DNA of 45,984 bases from Chromera velia (GCA_018398765.1 JAHBMJ010000516.1:1-45984), one strand, 5' to 3'; shown: positions 27,839 to 40,966, counted from the stretch's first letter. The notes: generated by a model from the sequence alone, not told the origin. Numbers and translations: made by a program.

Positions 27839-28748
27839 TTTGAAGGAACAGCGTGAAGAATGATCGACGAGCTAAACAGTAATGGGAGGGAGAAGGCAAC
27901 CGATCCCTTCCCGTCGATTGGCCTTCACCCGACTTGCAGCTTCGATCAGATAGAAGACAAACAAGAGGCGCAACCCTTCAAGTCAGTGCAGAGGCATCGA
28001 TCTTCCGCAGGAACGAAAAACAGCGTCGCACGGAAAATTTCAGACCAGATGCATGAAGCAGAAAACAACTCCAGTCAGTATTGCTGTGCTGCAAAATGTC
28101 GGCTTCACAAATTGAAGGGCAGGCAGCTATATTAATATTGAGTGATGCGCGAAGCTGATGTACGCCGGTCAAATTGGCCAACGAATATGGGAAGGGTGTT
28201 GAAGTGCTGTCATGTGCATGCTGTCACTCTTTGATGAGGGTTGAGCCGAGCTCGATCGACTGAGCAATAGGAGACGGCGGCGCCAGAAATTCGCCTTCGC
28301 GCGCGCGTGCGCACCACGCGGCGGCGCCGCCCATCTGCCTCTACAACAAAAATCGCGAACAGACCGACAAAGATGCAGACTCGGACAGAGCAGTGAGAGC
28401 ACTGGTCTTATCTGGTCCGATCGCTCGATCCGCAGATTCGAATCATCTCAGTAATTCTCAGGGACGATGCTTTCCAATCCAAAAGCTGCTTTTTGTACCT
28501 GCCTTGTTAGGTCTACTCATTCTCCGGCGACATACTTTCTTCCGCAGCCGATCTTGTTCCCGTCTCGTCTATCTGACTGGGTCCCGTCTCCTCTGTGTCC
28601 GCCTGCTTTCCATGCTTTGGCACCGTCTATGTTGTTCCTCCACGGTGTGCACAGATAGTTTGACTAGGTTGTCTCTCGAGTATCTGCGCTGTTTCGGTGA
28701 ATAAGAAAAAGAAAGGATCAAAAAAAGAAACGATACGAAGGGAGGGAG
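27839..28748. promoter_or_regulatory. Putative bidirectional promoter, GCN5 / TFB2
   Basis: ~910 bp between divergent starts, with a core ttcgcgcgcgcgtgcgcaccacgcggcggcgccgccc at ~28296-28332. Confidence 0.5.
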
Positions 28749-30811
28749 ATGGATTTGGTTGACCCGAATCAGGGAAGGACGACCGACGAGGATCTGTACT
28801 CTTTCGTGACCCAAATTCCCGGCCAGACCCAAAAGCTATACAGATCCCAAGTGTGCGTCCATGCCATATTCCGGTCCCTGCCGGAGCTCTCCAAGCTCCT
28901 GGTCATGAGATTCCTCTGGTACCACGGATCTGTCCCTTACAAGTAAGCCAGCAGGCCCTCACTGTACTCTAGCTTCCTTCCCATGCAGGCTTTGCACTCC
29001 CTTACCCTCACTCTTACATCACCCCCCTCTGTGCGTCTGTTTCAGCATTCCAATTTCAGATGAACCCGGGAAGCCCCCGCCAGATGCGTGCACTGTCAAT
29101 TCGTGTCTCCCTCCAAATCTCCTCAGGTTACTCAAGGTGATGGTGGACGGCTCCCAAAGAGGAAACAGCAGGGAGTTTCAGGAGCAGTTCACGCGACTGC
29201 AGAACCTCAGGATTGCCGTCCTGAAAAATGAGGCAGAAGGGGCAGGTGGCACGGCGGGAGGCAGCACTGCGGGGGGAAGCCAGGCAGGAAGAACCGACCG
29301 TTCGGGTGGAGGGCAACCAACCTTGGGAGGTCCCTCAGCTCGGGCGCAAGGGGAGTCTAGGTGGTCTTTCTGTGAGGTCTTCACGGGGACATTGAAGGAT
29401 ATTATCCAGAACGGGTAAGTAGGCCTGGATGCATGTGAGTCGGAGCCAGGTGTTGAGAGAGAGACGTATTCCCTTTGTAGTCAGTGGGTTTCTGTGATTG
29501 CGAATTTGAGATGATCTTGAGTTTTTACTTTCAGAGCGAAACGGTGCGTGCCAAAGTCAGCACGCTGGCGAGCAGCGAGACAACTCAACCAGCTTCCGTT
29601 TGAAGTAATCAGAGACCGGAGTCTGCCCCCGTCCCATCTCTCTCTTCATTTGCCGCTCTTCGCCTTCAAACACGCAGCGTCGGGAAGATTTGTTGTCTCT
29701 CTGTTGCAGCGCACATCAATTCCACTGAATGATTTTATTGTTTGAGTCTCGATACTTCTCAGCACAAAGTCACTTTTCACGACTAAATCCCTCCTCATTT
29801 AATCTTTGACACTTCCACTCATGAATCGATGAATGAACAACGCAGACTCCCCGAAACGGAACTCCTCCGCCCCCCCTCCAACCTCCCCCCACCATCACGA
29901 CGGCCCTCCAGAGGGGAACTCGTCAAGTGCTCTACCATGGCATGGGACAGGGTTAGTCACTCAGGCAGGCAGAGAGGGGGTGCATACAAGAATTCTGTAT
30001 GAAAGCAAATGCATGCACCATGGCATGGGACAGGGTTGGTCACTCAGTCAGGCAGAGAGGAGAGGAGGGGGGCAGTAGGTTGGCCAAAATATTTTCAGAC
30101 TGCGTTTCGGTCGATGACGAGACAAAGGAAGACAGACACTGGGCAGTTCGCATTTATTATGCTTCTCTGCGTCTCTCCGTCTCTTCCTTCCATCCTATCC
30201 GTTCTTTCTCCCGTGTATCGTTCCTTCCACCTAGTTGTCTCCAGGATGTCATTAAATCCCTTCCTCACTCCTGCTCCTGCGGTGAGAGCCATGCAGTTAT
30301 TGAGATACATCGTCAGAACAAAAGACAAAAGCGGGTCCTCCAAGTGGACCCCCTCAGACGCTCTGAAAATGGGCTTGTCCGAACTCCGCCTCCTGAGGGG
30401 GGCGGGGGACTCCAGCTCTTCGTCCTCGTCTTCCTCGTCTCTCGCAGATGGTCTGTTGGTCGGATTAGAGGAGCAAGCATGCACGAAACTCATCATTTGC
30501 TGTTCTTCGCCTGTGATAGGTGTGAAGCCAGCTTTTTAGACATCGCTGGCTTTCTTCTTGTTTTTTGCTTTTTCATCTCGTATCTCATCTTCGTCTATGC
30601 TCACTCCTGGATTTTCTCTCTTGATTCGAAACTCTCCCTCTGTATTTCCGGCAGTCTTTCCTCCCTTCTCAGCGCGACGGCACAGTCGGTCTCACACCCC
30701 TATCTCCGCGTCATCTAAAATCACTTTCCTATCCCTCCCTTGGCTTTTCCAACCCTTCAAAAAAGAAGCGGGGCGAGGGTGTCTCTCTGTGTTTGCAGGA
30801 GCATGGTTAAA

Positions 30812-30842
<31 letters not shown>

Positions 30843-31331
30843 ATTTGTGTGTGCGTTTGTGTGCGCGCCGTTGTGATTTGCAGGTCGCATGAGTGAGCCA
30901 ATTTTCCGCTTTCTTCTTTTAGACACGCGACAGCAGCTGATGGAGCTGGTCCTCAAATATCTTGGCAAGATCCGAAACACCGAATTGGGTGGCAATCGGT
31001 GAGTGGATGCGTGGATGGTTTTCTTTGTCTGTCTGCCTGGTTCATTGTTTGCTTGGTGAGCTGGTTGGTCTGCTGAACTCCTCTCTTCTCTTCTCTTCTG
31101 TTTTACCGCAAACGAAAAGGGTGCAGGAAGGAGAGAGTGGCCCTTCTGCAGATGTCTGCGGACCTGCCTGTCTCTCTTTGTCTCCATCTCAGTCATATGT
31201 ACCTTCTTTCATTGACCATCGTTCAAATTCCCCTCTGAGCAAGTCGAGGCACCAGGCTGTGGTAGTTCGAGCAAGTCAAGATACCTCTCTGCATTTCTGT
31301 CCTCCTTCCCCAATTCCCACTCGCCCTTTCT

Positions 31332-31418
<87 letters not shown>

Positions 31419-31430
31419 TGTGTGCGTCTC

Positions 31431-31479
<49 letters not shown>

Positions 31480-33544
31480 GACCCCAGATACCGGGAAGTC
31501 GCCCAGCACGGTCGGACGCCAGTCACGGGACCTTCGCGACCCTCCAACCAGGGGGGGGCGAGAGGGACTGCCCCCGTCTTCGCCACTGCCTCCAGCTCCT
31601 TTTCACACTCGCACATGCGCGCATTGGACAGGTGGGCACAAAGAAGGAAGGAGGGAAGGGATGCACGGACGGGTACTTTCTGATCCAGTGACTCTCTCTG
31701 AGATCGCCTCATTTCCTTCTTCCTCTCTTTTCTCTCTTCAGGTTTCTTTCCAAGGTGCCTCTTTCACTTTTGCGTCTGCACGTTTGTCCCCTTCAGGTTT
31801 TTTATTTGACCCGTCTGAAGGACGACCAGAAAATTTTGGTGTCTCTCCTGGAAGACCTGGGACTTCTATGGAAAGCCCCGGAGGAACGGATCACCGCGAC
31901 ATCTGCTAGCTCGGAATCTGCTGAAGAGAGAAAGAAGGAAAGAGAAACCTTCGCATTTGTGGCACCAGCAGCGGCTCTTCTTAGACACAGCGGTGGTAGG
32001 CCAAGGAAAGAAGAATCATTCATTCCTTCCGCATTCTTGATTGATTCCTTGCCAGAGGCTTTCCTGTTGGCGTGCTGCCTTTCGTTTAATCTTGTTCGTC
32101 GATGTATCAATATTTCCCTCTTCTTCATCCACGTCTGTGCGCCTGCACTGTCCTCACTCCTTCCTTGTCTTTCTAGACCCTCTCGTTCGGTCTTCTCTCT
32201 CTCTCACCTTTGGAGGAAGAGAAGAGGCCGGACGGACCCAGACAGAACCTTCCTTCATAGGGCCCTGATGAAGAAGACAATCTGACGGTGCAGGAGTCCC
32301 AGCCTGCCGAGGCCATACACTTCAGTGGTACTCATAGACAAGAAGACACTTTTCGTTTCTCCCTTGATCGTCTGATTTGATTTGGTTGTGCTGCAGAAGA
32401 GGTCGAGGAGGTCCTTGCCTCCCTCTCGTCTTCCTCTGCCGCCACTGCTGCTGCACACCCGAACAGGCAAAGGGAGAGGGGGGCTCCGTCTGGAAGCGGC
32501 ACAGGGGGAGGGGGCGGTGGGGCGTCTGCTGCTGCTCCTGTGGGTGTGGATGGGGAGAAGAGTGTGGTGGTGCTCGGGGATGAGTTTTTCGATTTTCCGT
32601 ACAGAAAACGGGAAAGGGAGGGGGGAGACAAAGAAGAGGACCTCGACGGCCTGGGAAGATCTCGACCGAAGCGAGCACGTGAGTGGGGGGGGAAGTGGGT
32701 GAATGATCATGAGTGGCTTCTTGGTCTGGCTCACAGAGGCACCGGTGCGTCTGCGCGCTTTTGAATTCGGCAGTGACTGCATGTTCTCTAGAGCAACCTT
32801 GTGCAGACTGGAGGCATGAAAGGGGGGAATGAAAAAACGAAGGAGGTTGCTTGGTTGCTTGCTTGTTTAGGTAGCTCTCACTCGCCGGTCAAGCTTATTG
32901 GTTGCGTAAGCGTCAGGAGAATTAAAAACAAATGTGCATGTCCCCTCCTCACTTTCGTCAACCTCCTTACTGACTGCCTATGAGTGTGTCTAAAAGCCCT
33001 ATCAAGGGGAATTGAAGGGGAGTAAAAACAGAAACGGATAGCATCTTCTTTGTCTGAGGGCGCTGCATTCCCTTTTTTGCTCTTACGAGAAGGAGAAAGC
33101 AACGACTCAGGAGATGACAGTAGCAAACTTATTTTGGTGAATTGCTTGATCAGGCCATTCTTTATTCGACTCCGACGATGAAGACGAACCGCCGGAAAAC
33201 AAGGACGAGGGGGGACGTCTGTCTGACCTCGAGAGGGGTCTCGTGGTGGAGACCAACTTCAAAATCTATGCATACACAAGCTCGCCTGTGCAAGTCGGGT
33301 TGCTAAGTCAGTGAGCTAGTGACCAGACTGGGAACCCTCCCATACTCTCAATGTCATTTCTAATCTTTCCCTATCATAGCAAAGAACGGCCTGTTGCCTG
33401 CCTGCTGTTTCAGAAACTGATCGATCGCCTACGTTTCTCTTTCCCCATGGTTGCATGTGGGTTGGTTCGCTCTCTCTCGCATGCAGCCCTTTGCTCTCTT
33501 GCAATCCCTCCCTGTCTGGGTCTCCCTCTCTCTCTCTCTCTCTA

Positions 33545-33575
<31 letters not shown>

Positions 33576-34255
33576 ATACCAAACGTCGACCGACTTTCAT
33601 TGAGAAGATCAAACGGAGTTTCTATGGGCGATCAGATAAGATAGAAAAAGAGTGAGAAGTCACTTATCCTTCCATTGATCTTTCCATCAATGCATCCATC
33701 TGTCTACGTCTGGATCCTTCCCCCCCCTCCCCCGCCCTCCCTGCCTGCAGAGCATTTCTGTGAAGTCCACACGACCCTAGGGTCTATGGTCATCTGCCTC
33801 CTCTCGCGCGTCTCTTGTGCTCGCGCCTTTAGGCAAAAAGTGACGGCGGCGCAAATCATCAGATTCCTTCAGACACACGCACACAGTGCCGTGCTGGAAA
33901 GGCAAAGAAGTTGGTTTTCTGGTGTCGTGACCGATTGACTGACTGACTGACTAAAAGAACGATGTTTGTGGTCCTTTCATTCGTTTTTGCTTGCGACATT
34001 CGTGCCTTTCTCCCCGTGTGCTTCTAAGTGTCTTTCTGAAGCAACTGCATTCTTTCCCATGCGGATTGCTGCTACGGTTGCGGCCAGGTTGTGCGTCAAT
34101 GCGCCTCATCGTCTTTCTGTTTTTCCCCCTCCAGTATTTGATTACCCATTGTCCACACCACCATGGACCAATCGCTGGAAGCATGGTAAAAGGGCTCTCT
34201 GCTTCATTGGACCACTCACACAACCCTTCATAGACCCGTTTTGCTTTCAAATCTT

Positions 34256-34317
<62 letters not shown>

Positions 34318-34327
34318 CGTGTGTGTG

Positions 34328-34395
<68 letters not shown>

Positions 34396-34405
34396 GTGTG
34401 AACAT

Positions 34406-34446
<41 letters not shown>

Positions 34447-36012
34447 CTCTCAGTGAACCCCCCTCGACCGATCATACCCCCCAATGTGGTCACACAACTG
34501 AAGATCTGGGAGAAGGAGACGAAGAGATTGGAACCCATTTGTGGCTCTGTCGTCAAGTCCTTCTACTCGTGGGCACATTTTGCAGATGCCCTCAGGTTTG
34601 TAGCCTGCATGCCTTCAGGATCCAATTATACCTTGGGGTGAATAGACTAGATGAAGGACGTGGATCACTGAGTTGCATGGTATCTCTCTCGATGGTGCCT
34701 GGCTGAGACACTCCAACTGAGCAGCTTCTCTTCTGGCGTGGCATCTTGTCGGAGTGATCTACCGGCTTGTGTGTCTGACATCGGTTGAGACCTTGTGCAT
34801 ATTGGTCTCTTGATGCTTTGCCACATTTCTTCACTCATTCATTCATTCATTCATTCATTCAGTGATCCATTCATTTATTCTTGGAGGCTGTCCAATGGAT
34901 CCTTCCTTCTCTTTTCGCCTTGCTGCATGTCATTGGCCTCCTTGTTCTAGCTCGGTCTCGTTCGGCTGGCACAGTTCCTGACCTTTGTCCCTTCCTCCCT
35001 CCGCCCCTTCACTTCTGCGTCTCTTCTCTGCATGAGTCCTCCTTCCTCTGTGTGTGCGTCCATCCATGCGTGCAGGTGGGCGATGGACCACCAGTGCCTT
35101 GTGGCGCATCACGAGGCTGGCAACAGAGTGTTTGACCAGGAGAGCAGACCCATGAGCATGGAACAGAAACAGGCAGAAAATGTGAGTGGGTCAGGCCGAT
35201 AAACAGTACTGCGACCGGTACTCAGAGAGAGGGAAACAGAACACAAGAAGACGCAGAAGAAACGAAAAACTGCATCCTGCATTGGTGTGTGGCGATGTGA
35301 AGCACAAAAGATTTCAGTGCGTATTGTGCTTCGTCCTCTTCTTACTGTTCGTTTCTGGCAAGGGACGGGAGACAAACCTCTGTCTGTCTGCTTGATTGCT
35401 CGCCGATGGGGCAAACTCTGCAACAAACAGCATGTCTGAAGGTATGTTTGTTTGATTCATCGGCATGACTCTCTTCTTTCTTGCATGAGTTTTTGCAGGA
35501 GATGAGAGCAAAAGTGGCTCAAGAGGCGTGGATCTGCGTGAAAGACGGTTCAGGCACCAGTTTCACTGCATATCTCAAGAGCATCAAGTCAGCTAGTTTG
35601 TTTGGGGACCTGGATGGAGGTTTCGTCTCCAGAAAAGCTCTACAAGAGAAGAGCACTTTGAGGCTGTGCCTTTCTCTGTATTTTTCGATCAAACAGATTG
35701 CTTCCGTCCTTTTCCTTAACTTCTCCCTGGTTTCCCACCCTCCTTTGGCTCTCAGTACTTGAGAACTTCGCTTTACTCTCTCTCGCATATCGTATTTCTC
35801 CTTTTCGGGTCGGTTGATAGTCGGAGAGAATTGATTGCATGCACGAAGAGGGGGTGGCAGTCAAGAATGAGTGGACGGTTTGACATGCGAGAAAGGGATT
35901 AAAACCGGACTTGTGGATCACCAGCAAGAGAATCGATAGTAGGTCTCCTTTAAAGCATTCTTTTTCTGGCATATGCAGGGAAAAATACATGCCGAATCGA
36001 AACGGCACCTGA
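28749..36012 (+). CDS. TFB2: TFIIH subunit p52/Tfb2 (GTF2H4 homologue); ~14-15 exons
   Basis: Exon peptides match the p52 family: LYRSQVCVHAIFRSLPELSKLLVMRFL (28749-28942), MAWDR|LLRYIV, FRFLLLDTRQQL (30884-30998), LLEDLGLL, GLVVETNFKIYAYTSSPVQ (~33154-33307), AFRQKVTAAQIIRFLQTHAH, IPPNVVTQLKIWEKE (34454-34595). The last exon is uncertain: splicing AA|gtcag to ~35979 ends at TGA 36012, whereas read-through ends at 35762. Confidence 0.85.
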
Positions 36013-36229
36013 CGAATGGAGCTCGCAGGGGGAATGCTCGGAACGACAGATAGAAAACAATCAAAAGCTCTCTTTGGCAGACGGTGCTTGCCGTTGCTAG
36101 TGCCGTGGTCTATTGGAGAAATTGGCAAACTGATTTGGTTCCCTGAATTAAAGCGCAGTAGGCATTGGTAACAAAACTTGTAAAAATGGGAAGTCGCCGT
36201 GACGACGCCGTCTAGCGGTAAGATTAAAA

Positions 36230-37020
36230 GCAATTAAAAAAGAAAAAAAAAATCCAAAACCAGTTTTTTTATCCGTTTTTTTTTTTTTTTAATGTGACTC
36301 ATGTTCTAGCTCATGTTATATACCTCTAGCTAGCGGTACTATCACTGATAATAATAAGCGGACTGAAGCTTAGTATGAAGCTTAAAGAGTACTAGAGTGG
36401 GTATCGAATTCACTGAACATACATTGCATGATTACTGGTTAGTGTATAGGCTAATGACTGTTTGTATCATATATATATTTGTATATATATATATATATAT
36501 GTATGATATATATAAAGAAAGAGGGAGATAAAAAAAGAGTAGCATAGAATCGCATATCGGTTAAAAAAAAAGTTTTAAAAAAAGTTTGAAGTTAAACTTT
36601 TTTATTTTTTTTTTTGTCCTCAAATCGGGTTTCTAGTCTTTGAATTATCTTTCTTAAAGTTTTTTTCAAATATGTGAGCCGCCCATAGGATAGGATACGA
36701 TAGGATTTATATTCTGGGTTGCGCCGCGGTCCACTGTCGGGCCTCGACTTCAACGACGACTTCTAGGACGACTTGCACCGTATATAAAATTAAAAGGTAC
36801 ATACAAGATAGGTTGGATAGCTTAAAATGATGGATAACACTCATTAAAGCTAACATCCAGGCAACTTTGATTGGTAATTTAAACATCAATCTGGAGACTG
36901 GAGTTACTTTTGCATGCAGAGAATAATTTGTATGATGCTAGGTATGATGACTTTAATAATGATTGAGAATCAGCTTCGTAAGCTACTCAGGCTAGTCTTC
37001 TTGAATTTTTTTTTTTTTTT
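36230..37020. repeat. AT/TpA-rich intergenic island between the convergent TFB2 and RluA-N-like 3' ends
   Basis: A/T homopolymer palindromes (36233-36292, 36561-36615), (TA)n at 36468-36513, and taggataggatacgatagga at ~36686. Confidence 0.5.
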
Positions 37021-37893
37021 ACATGTGTTCCAGTCCGCACAACATGAAACCGAGAACAGGCTGACATCTGGCCTCACACGCTTCATAAAAAGTCTCATCT
37101 CTCATACGACCCCGTTCCTTCACACGCCGTCCGAAGAAGAACTCCGCTATTCCTGTCGGTCTCAGTCCCTTCCGGGCAGCAAGGGCCACCAGCTTCGTGC
37201 TGCAGCAGTCACCCGTGCCCACAGGAACAGATGGGCGGGCAAGGTGCACATCCGCAATGCACGCACACTCCCCCCTCCAATTCTGCACCACTTGGTGTTT
37301 TCTAAGTTCTTTCAGTCCCTCCTTCGACTTCTCCACCCTCTCAAGACGAATCCTCTCTGCCTCCTCGACTCTCCCGACTTCTAGGTGCGCCTCCATCCGG
37401 TCTGTCAGAACGCTCACGGCCTGCTGGATCGAAGCAAACGGAGGGATGCCTCGGGTGCAACCAGACAGACAGGAGGGGCCCATCCGGGGAGCGTCCAACG
37501 TCCCCCCACCTTCCCCGAGAACGCTTTCAGCACCTCCGTCTCTCCCGTCAGGGGATCTTCGGCAATCAGAACCCCTAGCATCTTCCCGCGTGTCTCCATC
37601 AACCGACGCACGCTCAAAGGAGACTCAGAAACATCCACCCCTTCCCACTGAGTCTCGTCGTCGGAAGATTCAAAGTCAACGCGCCCACTTTCAAGCAGAG
37701 CGGATCGCAGGTTCACCGCAGCCGCACGAGCTTCCTCGGTCATCGGAATGGAGTGGTGCACTCCACACCGCATACAGGACCCCCGAGCACCCAGAGAGAC
37801 CCGCTTGGGAGCCGCAGAGGGCCGTGTCTTCCTGAGTAACCCGGGGCCTGCACACACACTCTCTCTCACACACACACACACTCGCTCTCTCTC

Positions 37894-37981
<88 letters not shown>

Positions 37982-38612
37982 AAGCACGCACGGATGCACA
38001 TACACGCACACACCTGCAAAAACATATAGTGACTTGCAGGCACGCCGACCCAACTCCACAAACTCGCTAGCTGGAGAGCTATGCATAGTTCCTTTCATGG
38101 TCGTGCAGGAAGCAGATGCAGGGTGAGTGATGGAGCTAGTCCCGCCTTTGTCTGAGACTGCCAAGGAAGCAGCTTGACCTCCAAGTGCGATCATCACATC
38201 GAACCCAGTGCTTGCATGTAGACGGACCGCGGTGGAAAGGAATACCCAGCAATGTCTACCACAGAGCGGTGCATGACTTGTCGAGCCTTTCACCCACCTT
38301 ACAGTGACACCGAGTGCGCTTACTGACTGCTCACGGCTGTGGAGCTGTACACACACCCATTCACACATGCTTCTTACCTCGGTTGAACTTTTCTGCCGTC
38401 TCCGTCTCCACGATGCCGTCTCCATCCGACGCCCCGCTGACCATACCGACCACACCCTCCACACTGCTGCTGCACCACATTGGCATTCTCCACATCGGGT
38501 TGAGCCACTCACTCGAGTGCCTCACAGGGGCCTGACAAATGAATCCGGAGGCAATGTGGGTTGCAGGTTCGAGGAGCATCACAGAGGCCACGAGGCAGCC
38601 GCTCCACCTCAT
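37019..38612 (-). pseudogene. Stand-alone homologue of the N-terminal (deaminase-like/coiled-coil) domain of long bacterial RluA pseudouridine synthases, with a signal-peptide-like leader; one frameshift (pseudogene or assembly indel)
   Basis: Exon 1 38612-38378 (MRWSGCLVASVMLLEPATHIASGF...) joins exon 2 37847-37019 across a GT-AG intron in matching phase. Motifs GKMLGVLI, LKAFSGKVGG..LPGWAPPV lie in one frame. PVGTGDCCSTKL, AEFFFG and FYEACEARCQPVLGFMLCGL lie in a second frame after ~37440-37465. Family assignment is from remembered motifs, not a search. Confidence 0.65.
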
Positions 38613-39081
38613 AAATACACGAGGACGTTCCGGTCCGTCCTCGTTGATCCATAAGAAGTCTGAATTGAACTGAAATGAAATGACTTGACATTCAGGTTTC
38701 ACTTGAAAGAACTTGCAGAGCCGGCTTCAATTTGGAAGGGCTCAGATGCGGAATGTCAGATTCAAAAACTGCACGCTCGATCGGCCCGGCCGCCCCGCGG
38801 GCGCCCCCTCAATAGACCGACATTCGAGCTCCGCGCCGCGGCCGCCGGCCGCGCATTTGCGCGCGCGCGGGTGCGGGACTTTGCAGAGAGACGGCGAGAC
38901 GGCAAGCGCGCCGGGATCGTAATTAAGAGCTTCAACGCATATGCATTCAATGGCCCACTGGTCCCTCGAGATCCCTTGTCAGAACAACATCAGATCGAGT
39001 GCATGGCTGAAAGGGTGAAAGAAAGCGAAGTTGAATCACTGGGGAATCGGGTTGAAGGGTCTTCGTTTTAGCTCGGTCGAG
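38613..39081. promoter_or_regulatory. Putative bidirectional promoter, RluA-N-like gene / DEAD-box helicase
   Basis: ~470 bp between divergent ATGs, with a core ccgcgccgcggccgccggccgcgcatttgcgcgcgcgcgg at ~38831-38870. Confidence 0.5.
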
Positions 39082-40928
39082 ATGTCCTACACATTACTCG
39101 CGTGCCTTGTCGCGCTCTCGACCTCAGTGAGACTTGCGTCATCCGTCTATCTTCCACTTTTTAAGCAGAAAGTATCCTCTGTGTGCTTTGTAGCTGCACC
39201 CTTTTCAGCTTCCCCCTCGCAGGCCAGGAGAAGAGTTCTTGCAGGAAGAAACCCAAAGTCATTGTTGGCCATCGGCGGAGACGGCGACGGCCAGGTGCTG
39301 TCTCCTCCGAAAAGAGGCAGAGCCCCGCCTGCGGGTTCGCACGGACACACAAAGGGAAAGGCAAACGGCAGTCCAGTGTCTGAAGGAGGAGGTGATTTCG
39401 GTTCTCTGGGTCTCCACCCTGCCCTTTTGCGTGCCACCACCGCCATGCGGTACGCTGACCCCACCCCCATTCAACAGAAATCAATCCCTCCTGCCATGGA
39501 AGGAAAGGACGTTGTGGCTGCAGCCACGACAGGAAGTGGAAAGACTGCCGCGTTCCTTCTCCCTGTATTGCACCAGATCCTTTTGCTTCGAGAGAAGAGC
39601 GCCCTTCCTCAGAGACGGCTTCCGGGAGCCACAGTTCTCATTTTGACCCCCACTCGCGAACTTGCGAGTCAAATTTTGGAGCAATGCAACCGCCTCTCTC
39701 AATTTGTTTCCCCCCCCATTAGGGCGGGGTGTGTGTTTGGAGGAGTTAAGATGGGGCCCCAAGAGATGCTTTTCCGTCAAGGCACTGACGTGATGATCGC
39801 CTGCCCGGGCAGACTGATGGATCACCTAGAGAACCACGGACACTACGCGACCCTCGACAGGGTCCAATTTCTCATCCTCGATGAAGCAGATCGGATGCTT
39901 GACATGGGATTTGTTCGTGACGTCAAAAAGGTCCTCAAATACATTCCGGGGCCATTCGAACGACAGCAGACCGCGTTCTTCAGTGCCACAATGCCCAAAG
40001 AGGTGATCGACCTCGCCTCCCAAATCACCAGGGGAAAGTCGTACACCGCCCAGGTCGACACCGACAGAATTGCAGCGCCTGCGCAGACAGTCGCGCAGAC
40101 CTGCTGGGAGGTGCCTGAGAATGCGAAGCAGCTTTTGCTTCTGGAGCTGTTGAAGAGGGGCATCATTGACTCCGGCTGCATCTGCTTCTGCCGCACAAAG
40201 CACAGAGTGAAGAGGCTGACCAAATACTTGAAGGCGAATGGCATCAACGCCGTGGAGATGCACGGAAACCGGTCGCAGGGACAGCGCGAGAACGCCCTTG
40301 AGGACTTCAAGAGAGGGAAGGTCAGCCGAGAGCCCTGCTTTTAGTTGACCGATGAGGTCTGTCTCTTTCGCTCTCTCTCTCTCTCTCTGACTGAGAGAGC
40401 AAAAAGAAAGGAGCAAAGACTCCCCAGTCAGTCCTTCCTCGACTCGCACTTCCCAGGGGACCATCTTTCTCGCCTCTCTCTGTTGTTCAGTGTCTTATCT
40501 TTTCATTTGTATCTTTCTTCCTTCTTTCCTTCCTACTTGCCTAACTGTCTTCCTTCCTTCCTTCCTTCCTTCCTTCCTTCTTCGTTTCACACCATTTGCA
40601 GCGCAGCTTCTGTTTGTCTCCATTCCTTCCGCATCTCACCTCTCCTCGTCTCTCGTTTTTGCTAGACTGACCTTCGACTTTGATGGTGCCGCTGAACCGA
40701 TCTTCTCCAGATGAAACTCAACTCAAGTTAAGATGTCGAATGCCTTTTTGAAGGAAATTTTGGAGTGTGTGAGAGAGCGTCAATGCGCCCGTCAGAAGAT
40801 CAATCGAAAAAAGACAAGTTGAGGGAAGCGTCTCTTCGTTTCGCTACTCATTGGTTCACCGTCTCTGTGTCTCTGTCTTTCTCTCTCTGTCTCTCTGGCT
40901 CTGTGTGTGTGTGCGTGTGCGTGTGCGT

Positions 40929-40966
<38 letters not shown>

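Noticed and set aside
30962..31909. 315-aa ORF, and similar CVCVCV/SLSLSL/THTHTH/ERERER ORFs throughout the window
   Set aside because: Translations of intronic microsatellites.
35590..35762. Read-through C-terminus of TFB2 (..LCLSLYFSIKQIASVLFL..)
   Set aside because: Pyrimidine-rich and intron-like; a splice to a short final exon ending at 36012 seems more likely, though unproven.
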